38,227 nt of DNA from a virus (taxonomy: Duplodnaviria > Caudoviricetes): positions 1 through 38,227 of the IMG/VR virus record IMGVR_UViG_3300005263_000001. The stretch is one strand, 5' to 3'. Of the stretch, positions 33,444-38,227 are shown in pieces. The notes beneath the pieces were generated by a model, which was not told where the DNA came from, made no database searches, and worked only from the letters and a program-made list of their open reading frames with translations. The translations under genes were made by a program, and so were the position numbers. Numbering within the stretch: the first letter of the stretch is position 1; every line of letters starts with the position of its first letter.

Positions 33444-35549
33444 GTGCCACTCGACCCCACCCCTAGCAGAAACCCGATCACTGCCTATCCGCAGAACTTC
33501 CCCTCCGGGGAAATCTCCCAGGTTTGGGGGGATTGGTTCTCCAACATTCAAACGACAGTCCCCACGCTGGACGATCTATCGGCGTCCACAGGGGCGGATC
33601 TCGTTGGGACCATCCTCCCCGTCTCGACCGCGGAAACGCGGCCTCTTTCAATCAAGATGGCCGAAACCGTTACCGTGACGGACTTCGGGGCCACTGGCAA
33701 CGGGTCCACGGATGACACACAGGCCCTAAAGAACGCCTTTACCTATGCCCCAGCCGGGGCCACCATCCGGTTCCCCAAGGGCACCTATAAGGTTTCGGGT
33801 TCTGCGTCCATCACAAGGACGGTCAGCGGGGACATCGTTTTTGATCCTGGGGCCATCATTGACGCCACGGACTCAACGGCCTCCGTCATCTTCCTCATCA
33901 CGGGCAGCATTGGGACCGGCGTAGCAAGCACCAACACGATCACGGCAGGGGACACCAGCGCAACGATCAATTCAAGCGTGGCCGCTTCGCTCAGCAAGGG
34001 CGACATCCTGTTCCTGTCCTCCAACCCGACCTACGGCGGGGACGGATCGCTCTGGAACACTGATGCGGCCAATTACTACAAGGGGGAAATGATCGAGGTC
34101 CGGTCTGTTGCTGGATCAGTTGTGACCTTTGAAACCGCAGCGCTGGGAACCTACGGCGTGGGCGTGGTCGGCACCGTCAAAATGACGCCGGTCACAACCA
34201 ATGTCCGAGGCTTCAACCTCAAGGCAAACAAGACCGCAGCGGCCCAGGGCGGGTTGCGGATTCAGTATGGCAAGAACTGCACAGTCAGGGATGGTTTAAT
34301 CACCGGCTGCTCCCACGCCAACCATGCGATGTATTACGTCCTGCACGGAACTTATGATTCCGTTGCGGCCACGGACAACTACAACGCGGCCACGGGCCTG
34401 TGCTACGGCGTCCTTCTGGCAAGTTGCCAGTTTGTAGAGGTTCGTGGCAGCTACCTGATCGGCGGCAGACACGGCATTTCCATGGGCGGGAATGAGCCCG
34501 TCCGCTATGTGACGGTTGCCGGTAATTTCATCGACTCCGACACGGCTAGCGGCCAGCCTTCCGCCGACACCCACGCCAACTGTGACTACATCACCTTCAT
34601 TGGGAACAAGATCAAGAACGGCATGGGCATGTCGGCCAAGACGGTTTCCATCACTGGGAACCAGATCCAGGCCAGGGGCGCCCGTGCTGGCGTCCAGATG
34701 TTCATTGGGGAACACACGGCGGCCCGGTATCTGGTCAACGGGAACTCAATCACCTCCACCTCCACCTCCCAGCCGCCCGTCTACTTACTGGGCAGCGGGA
34801 CGATGGACCTCCTTACCATCCAGGGGAACCAGATCCGGCAGGAGTCCACGACCACGGCCTGCATCTTCTCCAACAACACGGGCAAGACGGCGGTGGTTAC
34901 CACACTGAACTTCAGCAACAACGATGTGTATGTTGCCTCTGGTGGAACGGGTCACGGTGTTTCCTTCATCGGCACTGGAACGGGCATTTCCTTTGGTGCC
35001 GTGGACATCAGCAACAACCGCATATCGGCGCAGGACCGGGCCATCTACTTCAATGGTGCACTCGCCACGGCCACCACCATCAACATCATGGGAAACACCC
35101 TGATTGGTATGGTGTTGAACGCACAGGGCGTTGACTGCCTGAACTCAGGCGCCACCACGATCCGCTGCAACCGGAACCGCTTCACCAACTCGGCCTCGAC
35201 CAACTTCAAGACCATGAGCCTGACCGCCACAACCTATGTGGAGATCCTCGGCAACCTGATCGAGAACTGCACCAGCGGCCCATTCATTGCCACGGCCACG
35301 GACATTCTGGTGAGTGACAACAAACTGATCAATGTGACCGGATCAGCTACCCTCACGGGGCGCTATTACAACCAGATCATCAATGACTTAGGGAATGTCA
35401 GGACTTGGGGGTCTGCTGCTCCCACGACCGGCACATGGAAGAAAGGTGATATTTGGGAGAACACCAACGCAACGGTGGGACAGGCTAAGGGAGCCCTCTG
35501 CTCCACCGCTGGCACTCCCGGCACCTGGACCTCGACGGGCAACCTGTAG
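33444..35549 (+). CDS. Tailspike with right-handed beta-helix (putative depolymerase)
   Basis: VTVTDFGATGNGSTDDTQAL..A...FPKGTY; repeated I.GN.I rungs; AAPTTGTW.KGD...GTPGTW end. Confidence 0.9.
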   Translation: MPLDPTPSRNPITAYPQNFPSGEISQVWGDWFSNIQTTVPTLDDLSASTGADLVGTILPVSTAETRPLSIKMAETVTVTDFGATGNGSTDDTQALKNAFTYAPAGATIRFPKGTYKVSGSASITRTVSGDIVFDPGAIIDATDSTASVIFLITGSIGTGVASTNTITAGDTSATINSSVAASLSKGDILFLSSNPTYGGDGSLWNTDAANYYKGEMIEVRSVAGSVVTFETAALGTYGVGVVGTVKMTPVTTNVRGFNLKANKTAAAQGGLRIQYGKNCTVRDGLITGCSHANHAMYYVLHGTYDSVAATDNYNAATGLCYGVLLASCQFVEVRGSYLIGGRHGISMGGNEPVRYVTVAGNFIDSDTASGQPSADTHANCDYITFIGNKIKNGMGMSAKTVSITGNQIQARGARAGVQMFIGEHTAARYLVNGNSITSTSTSQPPVYLLGSGTMDLLTIQGNQIRQESTTTACIFSNNTGKTAVVTTLNFSNNDVYVASGGTGHGVSFIGTGTGISFGAVDISNNRISAQDRAIYFNGALATATTINIMGNTLIGMVLNAQGVDCLNSGATTIRCNRNRFTNSASTNFKTMSLTATTYVEILGNLIENCTSGPFIATATDILVSDNKLINVTGSATLTGRYYNQIINDLGNVRTWGSAAPTTGTWKKGDIWENTNATVGQAKGALCSTAGTPGTWTSTGNL

Positions 35550-35550
35550 C

Positions 35551-35790
35551 CTTGTGCAGCCCTTGTGCAAGCACCCGTGAAAACTGGCGGCAAATCAGCA
35601 GAAAATAAGCGGTAAATCAGGGCCAGATCGGGAACACGAAAACCCCCAAGGCGATGATCCGAGGGGGTTTAGTGTTTCATGCCTGCGGAGGGCCGCGCCT
35701 AGACCTTGTAGCCGAGCATGGCGTGTGAGTTCCAGTGTTTACGCGGGTTCATGGGGTTTCGCCTTTCGCTTGTGCAACGGGTGTGGAACT
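35551..35790. mobile_element. Putative attP
   Basis: Non-coding, next to the int 3' end; direct repeats CTTGTGCA at 35551, 35562, 35769 flank a central region with AGTGTTT repeats (35671, 35734). Confidence 0.65.
35639..35670. terminator. Bidirectional terminator-like hairpin
   Basis: AAAACCCCC...GGGGGTTT between convergent late and int transcripts. Confidence 0.55.
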
Positions 35791-35890
35791 TAGTGGATGG
35801 TAGCGCAAGCCGTAGCTACTCCGATTCGACTAGCCCCCTCCTTGCGGTGCCGTCCGCTTAGGATCGGCGCAGGGCATCCACCTGAATGCA

Positions 35891-36871
35891 TCAGGCCCAC
35901 AGTTCCTCCTGTCTCTTGGCCTGTTCTTCCTGGCTGGGTTCTGAGTATTTCATCGTGGTGGATATGTTCGCATGGCCCAGCATGGCCTGGACATCCTTGG
36001 GGTTCGCCTTGGCCCTCAGGTGCAGGGTTGCGAAGGTGGCCCTCAAGCGGTGCGGCCCCATCCCGCCACGGCAGACGGTCCTGTAGAGCCAGCCTTCGGG
36101 GTGTGGCTTGCCGCCCTTGCCGGGGAAGATGAGGCCCAGCCGTGGGAGTTCTGCGCCTGCATATGCGTTGAGTTCATGCATCAGCGCAGATGGGATTGGG
36201 ATACGGCGGACCCGCTTGGACTTGGTTCGGCCCCCAACGATGAAGGTGTCACCCTCGATCCACTCCCACCGGGCCTGCCGAAGCTCCCCGATGCGGAGGC
36301 CCAGCAGCATCATCATGGCGAGGGCCGGCCGGATCTGAGGGTATCGCTTCTTATCGGCCACCTGATTCAGGAAGGCCCTCCAGTCAGTGACCACAGGGCG
36401 GCGCTTCTCCTGGACGGGCAGGAACTTCAGGGTGCATGGCATCTCGCGGATCAGCTTGTCTGCCAGGGCCCAGCGCATCCAGAGCTTCAGGTAGCTGATG
36501 ACCAGGTTCGCCGTGGTCGGGGCATGGGTCTGCGTGAAGCCGGATGCCCACTCCTGCACCATCGAGGTTGTGATGCGGTCCAGGGGCACCTTGAGCAGTT
36601 TCTGGAGGTGCCTGGTGGCCTTGGCTGCGTTGTCCCGGTGCGCCTCGGAGGCTAGGGCACCCTTGGCCTTCGTCCACATCTTGATGACCTCGCCAAGGGT
36701 TGGAGCCTGCCCCTTCCCGATGCCCATGAGGATGGCCTGCCTACGGGCTTCCTCAAGCACCAACTTGGCCGTGGGGAGGTCGGTTGCCCCGGTTGAGCCG
36801 CTGTAGTCCCGTCCTCCCGCTGAGAAGCGGTAGTGCCAGACGAGGCCACGCTTGGTCAACCATCTAGGCAT
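35891..36871 (-). CDS. int: Tyrosine recombinase / integrase
   Basis: GLRIGE (R), TKS (K), PHRLR (HxxR), LGHANISTTMKY (H, Y); N-terminal arm-binding-like WHYRF. Confidence 0.93.
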   Translation of the reverse strand: MPRWLTKRGLVWHYRFSAGGRDYSGSTGATDLPTAKLVLEEARRQAILMGIGKGQAPTLGEVIKMWTKAKGALASEAHRDNAAKATRHLQKLLKVPLDRITTSMVQEWASGFTQTHAPTTANLVISYLKLWMRWALADKLIREMPCTLKFLPVQEKRRPVVTDWRAFLNQVADKKRYPQIRPALAMMMLLGLRIGELRQARWEWIEGDTFIVGGRTKSKRVRRIPIPSALMHELNAYAGAELPRLGLIFPGKGGKPHPEGWLYRTVCRGGMGPHRLRATFATLHLRAKANPKDVQAMLGHANISTTMKYSEPSQEEQAKRQEELWA

Positions 36872-37059
36872 CAGAGACTCGCTAGTTTCTTGTTGAAGTC
36901 GGCAAGTGCGCCCTGGATCTCGTAGGGCATTTCCCACATATGGTCGTTTGCTTCAACCGCTTCCACAAGTTTCAGGATCTCGGGCCATAGGGCCTTCATC
37001 TCCGCTTCGCCACAGTCTTGCCCCATAGCGATCAGGGCCTTCAGTTCATCCAGCGTCAC
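36871..37059 (-). CDS. Hypothetical protein between xis and int
   Basis: Overlap-coupled at both ends. Confidence 0.6.
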   Translation of the reverse strand: MTLDELKALIAMGQDCGEAEMKALWPEILKLVEAVEANDHMWEMPYEIQGALADFNKKLASL

Positions 37060-37295
37060 CCCGCCCTCCTGCTCTGCCTGATGATTCTATCCCGCACCGC
37101 AAGGGACAGGGGGTTGGACTCGCGGGTCATCATGATCCAGTCCCACACCTTATCCTGGTCGAATCGCGGCTTGGTAATCCACGGCAGGCGGACCACGGGC
37201 ATCCCGGCTTGGATGCAATGGTGAATGGTTGACGGGCTGATCCGAAGGCCCTGGGAACGGAGCCAGCGGCACAGACTCTGCTGGGTGTGGATCAT
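37056..37295 (-). CDS. Excisionase-like winged-HTH protein
   Basis: ISPSTIHHCIQAGMP......PRFD...V.DW; upstream of int. Confidence 0.7.
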   Translation of the reverse strand: MIHTQQSLCRWLRSQGLRISPSTIHHCIQAGMPVVRLPWITKPRFDQDKVWDWIMMTRESNPLSLAVRDRIIRQSRRAG

Positions 37296-37330
37296 GGGGG
37301 CCTCGGGATGGTGGGGTGTTCTGGACATGC

Positions 37331-37492
37331 TCAGTCCGTCCAACCTCTGTAACGGTTCTCTGGTTGGGCGTCCTGGTTCTTGGCTGCGCGGCGAAGGGCT
37401 TTCCGCCGCATTCGTTTGAGATAACGCCGCCACTTCCGGGAAGGCATGGTCTGACGCCCTTCCACCTTCATCTGATCCAAGTGTGCTGCCAC
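37331..37492 (-). CDS. 53-aa Arg-rich protein (not in ORF track)
   Basis: AAGGAG RBS + GTG; SRKWRRYLKRMRRKALRRAAK. Confidence 0.65.
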   Translation of the reverse strand: MAAHLDQMKVEGRQTMPSRKWRRYLKRMRRKALRRAAKNQDAQPENRYRGWTD

Positions 37493-37530
37493 GGTGTCTC
37501 CTTAGGGTCCAGGTCGATCCTGGACATTAG

Positions 37531-37767
37531 TTAGCGCGGGTGTATCCAGTTTGCTGCTGGCTCCATAGTCTGGCCCAGAACCACGGCGAGGTTGGTGTCC
37601 CCAGGTCCTTCCAGGTCGCAGGGCTCACAACGGGCGTAAATCAGCCCAGATCCAAGCGTGCATTTATGGAGGTCTCGTGGGCGTCCGCATTTCGGGCATC
37701 CACCACGGCGTTCAAGCAGTTCCTTCTCGAAATCGCCAGTGAGGATGTGCTTCTGATTTGGGTTCAT
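37531..37767 (-). CDS. Zn-ribbon hypothetical protein (may start at 37800)
   Basis: CPKCG...RCEPC. Confidence 0.6.
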   Translation of the reverse strand: MNPNQKHILTGDFEKELLERRGGCPKCGRPRDLHKCTLGSGLIYARCEPCDLEGPGDTNLAVVLGQTMEPAANWIHPR

Positions 37768-37799
37768 GGAAGCGCCTTGGATGGTAGGGATCATGGACA

Positions 37800-38075
37800 T
37801 CAGCTTTCAATGGTTGGGGAATGGGGTAGGTCGCCGCACTCTTGACAGTGTTCTTCGGGCTCCATCCCGTGAGGGCATCGCTCGTCTGGATCGGGTGCAT
37901 CCATCGGGGTTGGGACTCGTTTCTCAACTAGCCCCTTGCCGCAGAACGGGCAGTAGTTCATCCGGTTCTCACTGGGGCCGCCTTCCTCGAAAACCCAGGC
38001 TTCGCCGCAGTCGGACTCCCATGTGGAGTAGTCCCAGTTTTCCTCGTATTTCCAGGTGCAGAGTTCAACGGTCAT
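37800..38075 (-). CDS. Cys-rich hypothetical protein
   Basis: C.W......WESDCG...YCPFCGK; CPHG...CQEC. Confidence 0.7.
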   Translation of the reverse strand: MTVELCTWKYEENWDYSTWESDCGEAWVFEEGGPSENRMNYCPFCGKGLVEKRVPTPMDAPDPDERCPHGMEPEEHCQECGDLPHSPTIES

Positions 38076-38093
38076 GGGGTGTGCCTCTGGACA

Positions 38094-38227
38094 TCAGCCT
38101 TTCGGCTTGGTTTCTTTGGCGATTTGGTTCCATTCGGTTACGGCATCTGCGCGGCACCAGTGGGATTCGGTGTGTTTTCCACAGTGGATGCAGCGAACAC
38201 TTCGCATCTCGTTCTTGTCCCAGGTAT
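38094..38227 (-). CDS. 3' part of Lar-like protein (partial)
   Basis: TWDKNEMRSVRCIHCGKHTESHWCRADAVTEWNQIAKETKPKG*. Confidence 0.6.
   Translation of the reverse strand, partial: TWDKNEMRSVRCIHCGKHTESHWCRADAVTEWNQIAKETKPKG

Larger units (their letters stand above)
37322..38093 (-). repeat. TGTCCA boundary motifs, right part of array
   Basis: + strand TGGACA at 37322, 37521, 37794, 38088, each 0-4 nt after a stop codon. Confidence 0.9.

Noticed and set aside
31588-35549. Diversity-generating retroelement or invertible tail-fibre switch
   Set aside because: No reverse transcriptase, no template/variable repeat pair and no invertase or inverted crossover sites were noticed

Overview
The window looks like an almost complete, circularly permuted genome of a temperate P22-like (short-tailed) phage. 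From left to right it holds: a leftward early operon (small accessory genes, a C5-methyltransferase-like gene, recT); a cI/cro switch with twin TATGGG-N7-CCCATA operators; replication and nin-like genes; terminase; a Mor-like activator; an atypical lysis cassette with a Tlde1/L,D-transpeptidase-fold enzyme; a P22-type head, tail and ejection module; two receptor-binding proteins; attP, integrase and excisionase. The most striking unexplained structure is the distal early-left operon (2278->1, wrapping to 38227->37322). There, 14 consecutive units are each bounded by the hexamer TGTCCA, which mostly sits just after a stop codon and just before the next RBS. The units are 12 small ORFs, one tRNA-fMet-like RNA with an expanded D-arm and one 35-bp blank. 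This resembles an integron-like cassette array without attC hairpins, two small genes upstream of a tyrosine recombinase. Other oddities are a cupin-SET (lysine methyltransferase) fusion in the virion module, a GNAT-like insertion in the gp16-like ejection protein and a structured ~350-nt pL leader. All calls come from reading motifs by eye; no database search was run.
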